The notes below the pieces were generated by a model. The model saw only the letters and a program-made list of their open reading frames with translations, made no database searches and was not told where the DNA came from. A DNA stretch of 64,000 bases, from the NCBI GenBank assembly GCA_951406725.2, contig OX597819.1, positions 39,432,001-39,496,000 on the forward strand, read 5' to 3'. Positions 13,360 through 28,521 of the stretch are shown in pieces. This stretch comes from Octopus vulgaris. Taxonomy: Eukaryota. A program made the position numbers and the translations under genes. Numbering within the stretch: position 1 is the first letter of the stretch; every line of letters begins with the position of its first letter.

Positions 13360-13462
13360 ATCTGAAAACTGATGTCAGATTCGGATTCAGCACCCTAAAA
13401 TTACCCTAAATCAGTTTAAAAAGTTTAAATAGCATGATAAAATTTTTTTTTGTTTCCCAGTG
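13360..13462. mobile_element. DNA transposon terminus, Chapaev3-like
   Basis: Ends ...TTTTTTGTTTCCCAGTG followed by TTA (CACTG terminus, TWA target). Subterminal CAGATTCGGATTCAGC. Other end not found. Confidence 0.4.
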
Positions 13463-13560
13463 TTATGTATCTCGTGTTTTATGTATCATAAAAAAACAAT
13501 TATCTGTTACTGTCGTGACTAACTCGTAATATATGAAATATATGATAAAGGAGCGTAGGA

Positions 13561-13790
13561 TGGCGAGCTGGCAGAATCGTTAGCACGTCGGGCGAAATGC
13601 GTAGCGGTATTTTGGCTGCCGTTACGTTCTGAGTTCAAATTCCGCCGAGGTCAACTTTGCCTTTTATCCTTTCGGGGTCGATAAATTAAGTACCAGTTAC
13701 GCAGTGGGGTCGATGTAACCGACTTAAGCACTTCGTCTGTCCTTGTTTGTCCCCTCTATCTTTAGCCCCTTGAGGACAATAAAGAAATAA
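13561..13790 (+). mobile_element. SINE family 2 copy
   Basis: Similar to 11508-11725 and 22749-22981. Confidence 0.85.
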
Positions 13791-14164
13791 ATATATGAGA
13801 AAAGAGCATTTTTTTCAATTATGATTACCATAAAATGTATCATATTGCCTTTTCTTTTTGTTATTTGCACAGCAGTAAAAGAGGAACATATACATTTGAT
13901 TATTGAATAAAGAGGAAGAAATTACCAGAGTTGTATTTTTGTACCATTATTGTCCTAACGGTGCCATATGGTACCTGGGTTTATTTAAGAATGTATTTTG
14001 AATTTTACCTTTCAAATCAATGTAACTGGTGTTTAAACTAACCCTGAAACAAAGTTTCAGCAAAATCAGATATAAAATGCTATTCTCGCAACAAATAGGT
14101 TAAGGTGACAACAAATGATGTTAACTAAATGGAACACTTGAATGTATTGTTGTTGAATGTTTCA

Positions 14165-14627
14165 CATAGGCGCAGGAGTGGCATAGGCGCAGGAGTGGCT
14201 GTGTAGTAAGTAGCTTGTTAATCAATCACATGGTTCCGGGTTCAGTCCCACTGCGTGGCATCTTGGGCAAGTGTCTTCTGCTATAGCCCCGGGCAGACCA
14301 ATGCCTTGTGAGTGGATTTGGTAGACGGAAACTGAAAGAAGCCTGTCGTATATATGTATATATATGTAAGTGTGTGTATATGTTTGTGTGTCTGTGTTTG
14401 TCCCCCTAGCATTGCTTGACAACCGATGCTGGTGTGTTTATGTCCCCGTCACTTAGCGGTTCGGCAAAAGAGACCGATAGAATAAGTACTGGGCTTACAA
14501 AAGAATAAGTCCCGGGGTCGAGTTGCTCGACTAAAGTACTGGGCTTACAAAGAATAAGGCGGTGCTCCAGCATGGCCGCAGTCAAATGACTGAAACAAGT
14601 AAAAGAGTAAAAGAGTAAAAAGAGAGT
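14165..14627 (+). mobile_element. SINE family 1 copy with a 17-bp duplicated head and an internal duplication
   Basis: CATAGGCGCAGGAGTGG occurs twice at the 5' end; AAGTACTGGGCTTACAAA...GAATAAG is repeated at about 14484 and 14534. Confidence 0.85.
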
Positions 14628-14899
14628 ATTTATACAAAAGGTTAATGATTATTGCGTAATTTTTCTGATTGTTACTAGCAACTTAACACAAGTGAAACTC
14701 TTACAACCCAGAGATGAAAACAGCATCACATAAAGCACTCATTTAGAGTTTAACTTTATCATACGATGTTCTGCAAGCATTTATTATAACGTTCCCAACT
14801 GACAACTTTATGATTGATTTAATCGGGGTGTTTTATGTTTAAGCAAAATTTCGTCAACCACGACCACCACCATCTTCACCGCCACCCTCACCATAATAC

Positions 14900-15128
14900 C
14901 TATTTCTTTACTACCCACAGGGGGCTAAACACAGAGGGGACAAACAAGGACAGACAAAGAGATTAAGTCGATTACATCGACCCCAGTGCGTAACTGGTAC
15001 TTAATTTATCGACCCCGAAAGGATGAATGGCAAAGTCGACCTCGGCGGAATTTGAGCTCAGAACGTAACGGCAAACGAAATACAGCTACGCATTTCGTCC
15101 GGCTTGCTAACGTTTTTGCCAGCTCGCC
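14900..15128 (-). mobile_element. SINE family 2 copy
   Basis: Reverse complement of the family 2 sequence. Confidence 0.85.
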
Positions 15129-15298
15129 CCCACCATAATACCATCATCATCGTCAACTCCACTGCCACCTTAGTCGTCGTCGCCATCATCATCGCCGTTC
15201 ATTCTTATGAATTCTCTCTTGTCTTTTACTATTTTCCCCTCTAACCGAATCCCACAATCCCATTTCAGTTATTTCTTCTAGAATATAGTATACCGTTT

Positions 15299-15346
<48 letters not shown>

Positions 15347-15398
15347 CACACACATAGACACAGACACATAGAGACATACATGCTTGTACGCATATTTA

Positions 15399-15432
<34 letters not shown>

Positions 15433-15622
15433 ACTATCATCTTATAATCAAATTACCTTTAAAGCAAACTCCTAATTTTCTTGTTTTGACAGACATTCTC
15501 TAGAACAATACTTTGTGTAAAACCAAAGCCATGGCACCATAGTCATAACACCAACTTGAACTTCTAACTTGTCTCTTGAGGCTTGGAGTCAACTTGTACA
15601 AATACAAAGCTAAAGCCAAACA

Positions 15623-16122
<500 letters not shown>

Positions 16123-16316
16123 CATTCAGGCAAATACATAACCGAAACATCAGGACTTCCAAGTGTATATAACATACTGAAAGTGGCACTACTAGGTACC
16201 ACACACATCCTACGTAAACCACTTTCAATACAATGAAAGTAAGAACACCATAACAAACCACAGAGCTGCGCTCAGTAGCGCAGTGAAAGTACGTGCTAAA
16301 GATAAGACTAATAAAC
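16123..16316 (+). mobile_element. 3' end of a Dong/R4-like LINE within (AAT)n
   Basis: Reads SGKYITETSGLPSVYNILKVALLGTTHILRKPLSIQ*, matching the C-terminus at 58291-58749. Tail CACAGAGCTGCGCTC recurs at about 58172. Confidence 0.75.
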
Positions 16317-16393
<77 letters not shown>

Positions 16394-16404
16394 TGATGAT
16401 AGTA

Positions 16405-16956
16405 CTAAATGCAGTACCAGGCAGTGGCTCTCGTGGCTGCTGATCTTAACTGATTGGAAGTGTCATCATGTACATTGTTTTGTCTTGGTATAAAAGATGG
16501 GCTATAGCAAATATTCTGCTCAATACTACAGATTTGCTTGTCATTTGTTTGACCATAACCAGTTGAGCTTGTCCCTTGGTGGCTGACGATATGTGCATCT
16601 CTGATCACGACCAGAAGTAGTCAGGGAGCATCATAGCCATATGTTGAGAGAGATTCTTTGGCGTTTGAATAACTCACCTCTGGAAACATGAGTGTTTCAT
16701 TCAACATTCTTAAACAACCCTTATTCGGGGACCTTTTGAGCGGGATGGGTTACTCGACCAGAAGAAAATTCTAACTGGGCCCCACTTGCAAGGTCATGTG
16801 CTATTTATTTTGATATGATATCACCATGTCGCGCACATATGGTTGTGATGCATGTGCCTAGTGTACCCTTATCAGACGGGTAGTCATGATGGGCATACTG
16901 GGCTTCGTATATTTTACCCCAGTGTCACTTTGATGGCATGCACTGCTCGCTCACTC

Positions 16957-16957
<1 letters not shown>
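16405..16957 (+). mobile_element. Decayed RLE-type (Hero/NeSL-like) LINE 3' derivative with (AAT)n tail, copy 1
   Basis: Closely repeated at 17018-17486. Residual peptides DWKC, TTDLL, VELVPW and SDH(D/E)QK are collinear with DW..PD..ELTVPW..AHERK of Hero-type endonucleases. Confidence 0.55.
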
Positions 16958-17017
<60 letters not shown>

Positions 17018-17023
<6 letters not shown>

Positions 17024-17486
17024 GATGGGCTACAGCAAATATTCTGCTCAATACCACAGATTTGCTTGTCAGTTGTTTGACCTTAACCAGTTGAGCATGT
17101 CCCTTAGTTGCTGACGATATGTGCATCTCTGATCACGAGCAGAAGTAGTGGGGGAGCATCATAGACATGTGTTGTGAAGGATTCTTTGGGGTTTAAATAA
17201 TTCACCTCTGGAAACATGGGTGTTTCATTTAACATCCTTAAATAACCCTTATTCAAGGACCTTTTGAGTGGGATGGGTTACTCGACCAGAAGAAAATTCT
17301 AACTGGGCCCCACCTGCAAGGTCATGTGCTGTTTATCTTGATATGAGATCACCATATCGCGCACATATGGTTGTGATGCATGTGCCTGGTGTACCCTTAT
17401 CAGACGGGTAGTCATGATGGGTATATTGGGCTTCGTATATTTTACCCCAGTGTCACTTTGATGGCATGCACTGCCCTCTCACTCAA
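17018..17486 (+). mobile_element. Same element, copy 2, more 5'-truncated, inside the (AAT)n tail of copy 1
   Basis: Direct repeat of about 16490-16957, flanked by (AAT)n on both sides. Confidence 0.75.
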
Positions 17487-17498
17487 TAATAATAATAA

Positions 17499-17530
<32 letters not shown>

Positions 17531-17554
17531 ATGATGATGATGATGATGATGATG

Positions 17555-17621
<67 letters not shown>

Positions 17622-18174
17622 TAGTGATGATGATGATGATGATGATGATGTTGATGATGATGTTGTTGATGATGATGATGATGATGATGAAGAGGATGAT
17701 AAACAAATGCAAATACAATAATACTGTTACTACTGCTACGATTACTATCACTATACCTTTCTTTAGATATCTTTGAGTCACGACATTTATTCTAGCTACC
17801 ATACCTCTGAGCTACAGTTAGAAAATCACAACCTTTTCAGAAAAACATCGAAATTGAATACCGAGATAAAGTTGATTATTGAATATAATTTCAAAATGGC
17901 GGAGGTCCGCAAGAACCAAGAAACCAGATAGCTTCGTATCATTGACTTCGAATGCGAAATTTGGTTGTCATATTGGTTGCCAATGCTTCTTTTGTTTTTG
18001 TTTTTGTTTTGCTGTTGCTTTTGTTGTTGATGTGTTGTTGTTGTTGTTGTTGTTGTTGTCGCTATGCTGCTTATGTTGTTTCCGCTGTTGTCAACACCGA
18101 TCGTGTATACTTATAATTAGTGCCATGACCATCCTTTTGGAAATATCTGTGATCACATTATCTAATACTTTCAG

Positions 18175-18325
18175 TCGCGTTTTGAGTTCAAATTCCGCGG
18201 AGGTCGACTTTGCTTTTCATCCTTTCGGAGTCGATGAAATAAGTGCCAGTTACGCACTGGAGGTCGATGTAATCGACTAGCCCTCCCCACCAAATTTCAG
18301 GCCTTGTGCCTATAGTAAATAGGAT
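18175..18325 (+). mobile_element. SINE family 2 fragment
   Basis: B-box and Meta-like domain present. Confidence 0.7.
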
Positions 18326-18810
18326 GATTTAAGATGGTGGGCCGTAAGTTGAGGAAGATTCGCATGCTTTTTTTTTAGAGCAAGCACTTGGAGTTTCCCT
18401 CACGGTCTCATGTAAGCTTCCTTGATGTTTTGGCCTAGAGATTTGGGTATTGATCTCGCGAACATATCATCGTGGGTTCGATACCTGAACTGACTTTCGT
18501 TGCTTTAGTCTACTTAGCTGAAAATGAGCACTAGTTGAATGCTGGAGCAGCCCTCTCTCATTTCAGCTGTAATATACTCCATATTCTGCCGGGTTAAGGA
18601 ATGGGAGGGCCGAAAGAGTGCCTATGTCTGCTCGCGACTACACAAGCACCTAAAACTATTAGCAAAAGCATTTGAATCTACTAACAATTGATAATCGCTT
18701 GCGAGTGACGGCTGTGCTTGATGAAAGTGTAACCTACCCAATATTCTTGTTAACAATGCCTTGAAATTTATTTCCCCTGCTTTTCTATAAATCAATTCTC
18801 ACACAAAAAT

Positions 18811-18845
<35 letters not shown>

Positions 18846-18849
18846 TATG

Positions 18850-18885
<36 letters not shown>

Positions 18886-19431
18886 TATGTATATATATAT
18901 ATATAATGACTAGTGAAGCGTGCAGGCAAAATGATAACAATGGCAATGGGTAGCAATGTTTAATAAGGAATATCCGCACTAGAGTCTCAATGACTGCAAA
19001 TCAAACAATAGGTAGGAAGTGACAAGAATTGAAATACAAAATAAATTTATTAGTATGTCAAGTCACTGACTTTATTTCGAACCCTGCCTAAAGTTATTCA
19101 CGTGCGTCAGTAGTGGCTTTGAGAAAGACATGATGACACACTGTTATTTCCTCTTCTCTGTTAAACAGAAGTGGTAGGTTTATGTAAGAAGACGGTAAGA
19201 AAGAAGTTAAGATCTTTGCTTCTTGACCTGTGTATTGTGAGTGTGTTTCACACATTGTCAGTGCTCCACAGTTCTTTTTCAATAAAGGGGAAGTCTTTTT
19301 GATTTATCCAATCTAGAACAGCCAGTGAGAGAAACTAAAATGACTCGATAGTTTGTCAGCTAATAGAGTTAAGTTTGCATTTTGCCTTCGCTGATTTAGG
19401 TTTCAACCATTTTTTAGTCCATGGCCATTAT

Positions 19432-19833
19432 GTTTTATCTTTTACTTGTTTTAGTCATGAGACTGCAGCCATGCTGGGGCACCGCCTTGAAGAACTTTTT
19501 GTCGAATGAATTGGCTCCAGTAAATTTTTTGAACCAGGTACTTATTCTATTGGTTTCTTTTGCCGAACCGTTAAGTTACGGAGACATAAAAACACCGACA
19601 CTGGATTCAGGTAGTAGTGGAGGTCAAACATAGACACAAATGCACATGCACACACATGCTCACTCACAAAAACGCACATACATGACGGGCTTCTTTCAGT
19701 TTCCACTCACAAGACTTTGGTCGACCCGAGGTTTTTGTAGAAGATACTTGCCCAAGATACCGCGCAGCGGGACTGAACTCGGAACCAGGTTGCTGGGAAG
19801 CAAACATCTTACCACAGCCGTGCATGTGCCTCA
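19432..19833 (-). mobile_element. SINE family 1, diverged copy
   Basis: Similar to other family 1 copies. Confidence 0.7.
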
Positions 19834-20040
19834 TTAAAGAAATAATTTTATTAAATCTGATCCGTGATTGCCGTTAACCGTGCCATCTTTGTGGTCCTCA
19901 ATAAAAACACTATTAGCTAGCAAGAAGGTATAACATTGTATACATAACGTATCTTCCTCTCGACTGAAAAAGTACGAATTTGTCTTCCATCAAGAAGCCA
20001 TCTTTTCTTTTGCTCACTTGGAAGCAGAGAAGAGAGAAAG

Positions 20041-20087
<47 letters not shown>

Positions 20088-21245
20088 TGGAGAGAGATAG
20101 AGAAAGAGAGAAAGATGGAGAGAGAGAGAGAAAGAGAGAAGGATGGAGAGAGAGAAAGAGAGAGAGAGCGACTCAGTGGTGCAAAACATCAGCTTAGTTG
20201 ATATTACGAGTAAAGCATCGAATTTTGAGTTGAATTAAATCTATTCGCACGAAATTAATTAATGAATATTAACTTATATGACGTTAAAAACTATAAAACA
20301 TAATAGAACGATAAACTTTGGACTGTAATCAAATTTCAACTTCAGACAGAGTACACTGTTGTTTAAACTCATAGTCAATCGTATTTAGCAGACCTATTTT
20401 GGATATGATCATCCCACTTCTTTTTCAGATATTGTGTAGATCGGGTCACATTATCCAATATGTCTTTAGCCCTTATAATGTGGTTTCAAAGAAGATTTGG
20501 CTACTATTAATAGTTGATAGAATGACTGCATAGAAACCCACTCTTTCACTTGACAAAGACACCTATAAGTTGGTTAGCAGCAAACAAGATTTACTGTGTT
20601 TGAAATGGTTAAATCAGTGATAGAATTAAAATACCTGCATTGAAACAATTCTGCTCTATGTAGGGCTTCCATCGATTATTTTTGAGTTGCATATGCTGGT
20701 CTGGGAAATATATTTTTTAGGGAGACTAGCAGTTGTCCATGCACGCAAATTTACCCTTATCCACAGTCATCAACGTTTATCCAAGTGAAAAACCGACGAC
20801 TTGGATCGATGCAGCTTGATTATGTCCCCACAGGCGAAGCTCTCAGGACACAAATAATCGGAACAGGATATCGCAAAACATCTCACCCGTTATTCAAACA
20901 TTTTCGTCAATCCGTCAAACCACCGGCCTGAGTATGTACTTATTTTGGGCCCCGGAAAGATGGAAGGAAAACTTGACCTCGGCAGGATCTGAAGTCAGAT
21001 CGCAGAGACCCGGAATAACCTGAGGTATTCTATTCAACACTGTTGATTTTGCCACCCCAGTTCTGTTCTATAGAGTTATAAGCGGAGTACCAGCAGAAGA
21101 GGCAAAACGTAGGATATACTCCATTTTTAAGATTTACACTCGGAGATCATTTGCAGAAACAATATTCAATGAGCAGTTAATTGTAGGAACGTAGAAATTC
21201 TCAACTGAAAATATTTTACATTCAATAAGACATGTTTTAATTGTA

Positions 21246-22478
21246 TTGGGTTGGCAACTAAGATCCAGACGTTTTTTTAAATTTTGGAATTTATTGCGTT
21301 TTTAAATTTTGGAATCTATTTTTTTCTTCTAGTTAATTTTAGTTAATTTTTGTTTATTTACAGATCATTAAAATGTAATGTCAAGTTAAGAAAAACGAGC
21401 ATTTTTGACACCTTTTTGCTTTTAATCAAGGTTCTAAGGCCGCAAAAGCTGCTTGTAACATTTATGCTGTGTATAGAGAGGATGCCATAGCTGAAAGAAC
21501 CGCTCGTGATTAGTATGCCATATTCAAAAATGGAAATTTTGAACTCAAAGAAGCACCTCGTTCTGGCCGTCCAGTTGAGTTCGATGAAGAGCGATTAAAC
21601 CAACTTTTGCACGAAAATTTCCGTCAAACGACAAGGAAACTGGCAGAGAAAATGGAATGCCCCTACACTGCTAGAGAGAAACATCTTCACTCGATAGGAA
21701 AGGTTCAGAAGTATAGAGCATGGGTTCCGCATGCTTTAAGTGATAACAACAAAATCCAACGAGCCACAATCTCCGCAGGTTTGCTTGCTTGTCACCGCTC
21801 AACTCATGGACACAGGCAACTATTTCTTTATCGAATCGTTACTGGCGACGGAAAATGGTGCCTGTACATGAATATGAAGAAGTGTAAGGAATGGTTTAGC
21901 CCTGGTAAACAAGCGACACTGCGAGTGAAGCAAGATCTTCATCCGTGTAAAACGATGTTGCGCGTATGGTGGGACTGGGAAGGGATTATCCATTACGAAT
22001 TGCTTGAACGGAACCAAACGGTCAACGCGGAACTCTATGTTCAACAAATGGAACAACTTAACATGGCTATTCAAAAGAAAAGACCTAATAGTCAACATGG
22101 AGTTCTGCTGCACGACAACGTCCACCCTCATATCACCAACATAACCATTTAAACGCATGACTGAGAAGTACTGCCACACTCGCCGTACTCTCCTGATTTG
22201 GCACCAACGGATTTCCACCTCTTTCTACCTCTATCGCACTCTTTCAAAAGCTATGAGCGGAGTTTCATTCAATACTGATGCAGAATTGAGAGCTTGGTTG
22301 GATTAATTTTTCGAGTCGAAATCGGGTGATTTCTACCAACTAGGTATTGAAAATCTTGGGAAGAAGTTGTAAACAACAAGGGTGAATATATTATTGATTA
22401 ATTGGTTGTTATTTTTTTTATTAAACCTTTTAAACATTTTAAATTTAAAAAACGGTGGGAACTTAGTTGCCAACCCAA
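21246..22478 (+). mobile_element. Full-length decayed mariner (DD34D-type) transposon
   Basis: TA|TTGGGTTGGCAACTAAG ... CTTAGTTGCCAACCCAA|TA. Motifs WVPHAL, IVTGDGKW, LLHDNVHPH and PYSPDLAPTDFHLF; in-frame stops. Confidence 0.93.
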
Positions 22479-22748
22479 TAGATTCTTTCATACTACCAAA
22501 TATACTACTAACCAGTTTTCTTGAGTAACCAAAATACGTAATATATACGTCTACCAAATAAATGTTGATTTAGATTTAATGATGCTACTGAATGTGCCAT
22601 GGATAAGGATCAATGCCAAAAGCAGGCTCCAGTGTTGAGGGCACAACATTTCTCTCCGTTGTAGACAGGCCGTAATGGAAACGAAAGTGGATGTCGAAGA
22701 AGACTGACTTCAAAGTAAAGATATATCAATTGGTAGAGTCGTTAGAAA

Positions 22749-22981
22749 AGGGCGGCGAGCTGGCAGAGACGTTAGCACGCCGGGCGAAATGCGTAGCCGT
22801 ATTTCGTCTGCCGTTACGCTCTGAGTTCAAATTCCGCCGAGGTCGACTTTGCCTTTCATCCTTTCGGGGTCGATAAATTAAGTATCCGTTACGCACTGGG
22901 GTCGATATAATCGACTTAATCCGTTTGTCTGTCCTTGTTTGTCCCCTCTGTGTTTAGCCCCTTGTGGGGAGTAAAGAAATA
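22749..22981 (+). mobile_element. SINE family 2, full-length copy
   Basis: Head, Meta-like domain and tail all present. Confidence 0.85.
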
Positions 22982-24424
22982 GGTAGAGTCGTTAGAGAGT
23001 AAGATGCATTTAATGCAGTAATCGTTCCGGCTAGCTACGCTCTGACATCAACTCCCACCAAAGTTCCTTTATCATTCATTGAACTTCCTTTTTCATCCTT
23101 TCAAGTTCGATAACGTACCAATCCTATACTAAATTGATTCTTCACCTCTTTTACTTCTGTCTTTTACTTCTGTCTTTCTCCCTTTCTAGAAGAAATAAAG
23201 AGGAATCGTATCCATCAGGCTTAAAACTGCCCAAGACACGCCATATGTTATAATGGCGCCCAAACGAGTCTATAAAAGAGTTGAAGGGACAAAGCAACGA
23301 ATTCACTAAGTCAAAGTTTTAATTTCTAAGGAACCACACATTACCAGAAGGTACATTACGTCTCAGAAACAAGTTATTTATGTTTCCCTCCCGCTTCTTC
23401 CCCTGTATAAATGTAAAAGTTTCGCCGTATTTTCTTTGTTATTGAGGAAGACGGTAGGTCACGGTTTCGAAGTAAAGAAATTCTAGAATAAACTCATTGA
23501 TTAAATTTCTGTTTAGTACACAACATTGGCACGACAGGAGGTCATCTCACGACTTTCTCTCTAAGTTTCCGATACATGCTGCGTCTGTTTACAGGGTCAT
23601 TTCTTTTCCTTTATTTTTTCTTTTCTTTCCTTTTTATTTTTTTCTCTCTTATCTTTATATTATTTTCTTCAGAGGGATTAGAAATTAACACTTTTGATTA
23701 AAATTAATAACTTTTTCTTAATTTATTTATTCTTCACGAATTAAATTTTCTTTTTCTTGTTATTGATTTCTCTTTTCTTCTTATTCTTCGTCAGTATATT
23801 TTTTTCAGCCTTTTACCATCTCACCACATCCTGTTTTCTTCATTCTTACGTTTCGTTCATTAAACTTTCTCACTTCGTACATATGTCGACTTTACTTCCA
23901 ACTTATTTAGTTTTTAAGTTAATTTTCTCTGTCAATTTCACTTGTTTTAATGAAGTTCTTCCTTTGAATTTTCACCGTTTCTTATGTGTATTATATTGTG
24001 ATTTCCTTTCACTAATGTTTAACATGAGTTGCAAGAAGACGAAATCGAACAATGAAGAAAGGTATTTTAGAAAACTGTCAGAATCATTGTCGGTATTTTC
24101 ATTTTATTTTCTAAATATCTTTAAATTAACATTTCCTTTAGTTGTTCAAATTGGATGAAAAGTTGCCGACCATAGTTTATTTTTTCAACAAACGAAGGAA
24201 AAATAAATATAAAAATTTATGCAAATGTGTAGAATGCAAATTAAATTACATTGGGTTTTCACCAAAATATTTTTTCTTTGAAAATGTTCACATCGCAAAC
24301 ATATATATGTATGTGTGTATGTATGTATGTATGTATATTCATATATATATACATTCATACATATGCATGTATATATACAAATATTTACTTATACATACAT
24401 AAATATATTAATATATTTATATAT

Positions 24425-24469
<45 letters not shown>

Positions 24470-24636
24470 GTCTATATATACATACATATGTATATATTAT
24501 ATATATATATATATATCTAAATATATGTATACACATACACATACATACACACACGTATATATATATATATATATACATACATACATACATACATATATAC
24601 ATATATACATACATGCATACATACATACATACATAC

Positions 24637-24686
<50 letters not shown>

Positions 24687-24791
24687 TAACAACAGGATAA
24701 AAAGTACTCTTTTCATGCTGTAAAATTTAATTATATTTATTCCGGCTGATGCCACTACTTTGTTTTACGAATGCGAGGATTACTTGGTGCG

Positions 24792-24851
<60 letters not shown>

Positions 24852-24967
24852 TGTATTGATAGATGGATGGGTGGGTGGATGGATGAATGGATATTTATAT
24901 GTCTATATGTATATATTACTTTCTACTATACGAGTACTTTATTTTTTGCCATAGGCAAATAATAACG

Positions 24968-25660
24968 TTTTCTTTATTGACCCCATGGGCCTATATAGAA
25001 CACACAGGGACACAAATACAGAATCACAAACGGTGGGGTTTACCGTGTAAGCATATAAAATAAAATGATAACAGAAATTATTAATAAAATTAAACAATTG
25101 CAATTCTCCAGTAGGTGGGGAGACTTCCAAAGCAAAACCGTGATAACCTCAAAGAAAATCACGGTTTCTCTGACCACTTAGACAAGTGCCTTTTCTCTCT
25201 CTTACTCCACTTAATAGCATATGCTCGCCACTCTCATCCGCCAGTCAATAAATTTGCTAAACGGGAGCACCTCCCTCGCCACTCTGATCTGCTTCTTCAA
25301 GTTGAACGTGAAAAAGTTGATCAGAGATTCGCCAGAGAGGAAAGTGCCCGTCTTTAGCCCTTTCAGCCTTGTCCACCACACAGTCTTTTACGCCATGGCC
25401 ACCAGACAGGAAGGGGACGAAACACTCCTAACAATAGACTTGGTTGATAATCGGATTCAGCAAGTGCTCGACATAAACCCACAAGTCAGAAAGTGTCGGT
25501 CACGCGATGAGAGCATGCAGAACGGTTTCATCACTCTGTGCATATCTCGGGTAGTTCCAACTGACGGTACTTCCGTGCCTGTGGAGGTTATTCCGAACCG
25601 GCAACGCTCTCTGGTAGCATTGCTAGGCCAGGGATTTCTGGAAGTTATCCATAGCCCCCA
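24968..25660 (-). mobile_element. 3' fragment of a Tx1/L1-clade LINE (zf-RVT region, 3' UTR, AATAAA)
   Basis: Minus strand MDNFQKSLA*QCYQRALPVRNNLHRHG...YPRYAQSDETVLHALIA*PTLSDLW is a decayed CxxC...ET..H...CP...W motif; later VWWTR. Ends CAATAAAGAAAA. Confidence 0.8.
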
Positions 25661-26067
25661 CCCCCACCAACTGAAATAAAGACGATCGAAACCAATTAAG
25701 TTTGCTCGCTCATAAAACCATTACATGTAAACCGCAAACTAATTGGTTAAAATAAAGGTGGGATCCATGCCGGTGCACACAACAAACCGTGACGTTTAAG
25801 CTGCATGCGGATTGGTCAAACCCGTATTAGAACAATTCAACCTGTTGAAGCCTTCTAGGAGGTATAAAAAAGAAGTTAGTCATTTTACTACAGTTGTCAA
25901 GAACTCAACTGTCAGTTAAATACATTTTGAAATCTGATGATTACTACGAACGTATGAAAGCGATAATTGAATATAACAAAATATTTTTTAATGTTTTACT
26001 CACTTTAACATTGTAAAAAAAAATTTCTTAATGCAATAATAAAAAACGTGAAAACCAGACCACAGAC

Positions 26068-26149
<82 letters not shown>

Positions 26150-26159
26150 CGTTTATATA

Positions 26160-26592
26160 TACGCGTAGAGCTGGCTGTGTGGTATGAAGTTTACTTTCCA
26201 GACACTTGATTCGTCCCGTGTTCAATCTCACTGCATGGCACTTTGGACAGGTGTCTTGTGCTATAACCTCGGGCCGACCAAAGCCTTCTGCATGGATTTC
26301 GAAGGCTGAAACTTCCAGAGGCCCGTCGCATGTATATATATATATATGTACATATCTAGGTGTGCGTGTCCTTCTGAATGTGTTTGCTCCTCACCATCCC
26401 TTGATAGCGAATGCTGGTTTGTTTACGTCACCATAAATTAGCAGGTTGACAAAAACAAAAAAAAAGAGGAAAAAAACTGGTAAGATATGTATCAAGCTAT
26501 AATAAAGTACCGGGGTCGATTCGTTTGACTAAAACCCTTCAAGGCGGCTCCTTAGCATGGCGGCAGTCTAATGACTGAAAGAAATAAAAGAT
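26160..26592 (+). mobile_element. SINE family 1, diverged copy
   Basis: Head and tail recognisable. Confidence 0.7.
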
Positions 26593-27254
26593 AGAACATT
26601 ATATATATGTGTATTTGTGTATATATAAATACAAACTTAAACAAGCACATATTTAAACATGATGGTGAGCATGGCCCTAATTCATGGCCGAGAGATAGAA
26701 GCCCCAAACGTTACATCCATCCTCGCCTTATTATTGTTGTCTGTTCCTGCAGTCGTCCACTCAGCGAGTGCTCTTCTTGTCCAGTCCTTGCTGCCATCAC
26801 CACATAATCGTCTTCTTCGCCTGCTGACCATCTTCCTTCCCACCTAGTCCCCAAGGGTATATATATGCGTTGCATGCGTGTGTGTATTACAGACCGTTAA
26901 ATTATTTTGTTATAACATTTACACGTGTCCTTCCGATGATCAACCTCAAAGATAAACAAATGTGAGCACAGGCGTAAACAGGAAAAGAACTGTGTATTTG
27001 TCATATAGGCGACGACCGACATTATCAGTTGCAACAATGAAATTCGTCTATATTTGTAAGTAAAGTAATCTACAAAATATAAATACTAAATAACTCTAAC
27101 ATAAATGGCTAATATGTTTGTAATACTTTAGAAACTAAAATATTTACATTTATGACCTAAGAGAGAATAAGTGCACACACACACACATACATGTATGTAT
27201 GTATGTATGTATGTATGTATACATACATACATACATATATATATATACATATAA

Positions 27255-27285
<31 letters not shown>

Positions 27286-27588
27286 TTTATATATATATAC
27301 ATATATATATGCATACATATACATATGCATCTATGCATACATATATATATGTCTGTACATAGATGTCTATATATACCTATATATATATGTATATAAATAA
27401 CATATATGTATGCATAGATATACATAATACATGGATGCATATCCATATATGTGCACACACAGATATATATTTATTATAATGCAATAGAATATAATACAAT
27501 ATGATATATAATAATGTATTCACTATATATGCGTGTGTGAGTGTGTGTGTGTGTGTTCGTGTACGTTTGTGCGTGTGTGTACACACAA

Positions 27589-27619
<31 letters not shown>

Positions 27620-28419
27620 CACACATAAACACAGTAATATGAACATTCTCATGAATGTGTGTGTGATTCTAAAGCAATTATTGTCAGAGGTGAAAGGGGC
27701 CACGAACACTCAAAGAACGACCTCAACAAGAGAAACCTTACATACCATAACCACTCCCTCATTATCAGCTACTTGGGAAATATTGAAAAGTATAGACTTA
27801 AGCATTGTAGTATTGTAAGGAAAGGGAAAAAAATTTATATATATATATCTATATATTAAGGATATCATCGGAATTTTAGGCTAGGTTTACGTGAAAATTT
27901 TTTCAATAGGTTAAAAGAACACTGCTTGCCCAAATGGAAACGAAACTTATTCAATATTTAGATTATGGTGCACGAGATTCTATCACGATTGTCATGAATT
28001 TTAGACGAATAACTGTGTAACTTTATACAATACGTAAAGCGATAAATGTATTTATGTATGTAAAATGTCTCAGTACATACACACCTTTCGCCCTGGCATA
28101 GGCACAACCATATAACTATGTGTGTATGTATGTATGTATGTATGTATGTATGTATGTATGTATGTATGTATGTATATATATGAATATATATATATTATAT
28201 ATACACACATTTATATATATATATATATATGTATGTATATATATATATATGTATGTATACATATACCTACATATATAAAGATAGTTAGATAGACAGGGGT
28301 TTAAATAGATTTTATTATACACACATATCTGTAGTTAATTGTCTATATCTATGAATATCTAATTTACGTTTACATGTATTTCTATGCGTGTATGCGCTTG
28401 TATGTGTACATATATGCAA

Positions 28420-28468
<49 letters not shown>

Positions 28469-28521
28469 CATATACATATATACGTATATATATATATACG
28501 TATATATGTATATGTATATTA

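Noticed and set aside
25690-25748. AACCAATTA(A)GTTTGC / GCAAACTAATTGGTT hairpin as a pre-miRNA
   Set aside because: The 15-bp stem is too short and the 28-nt loop too large.
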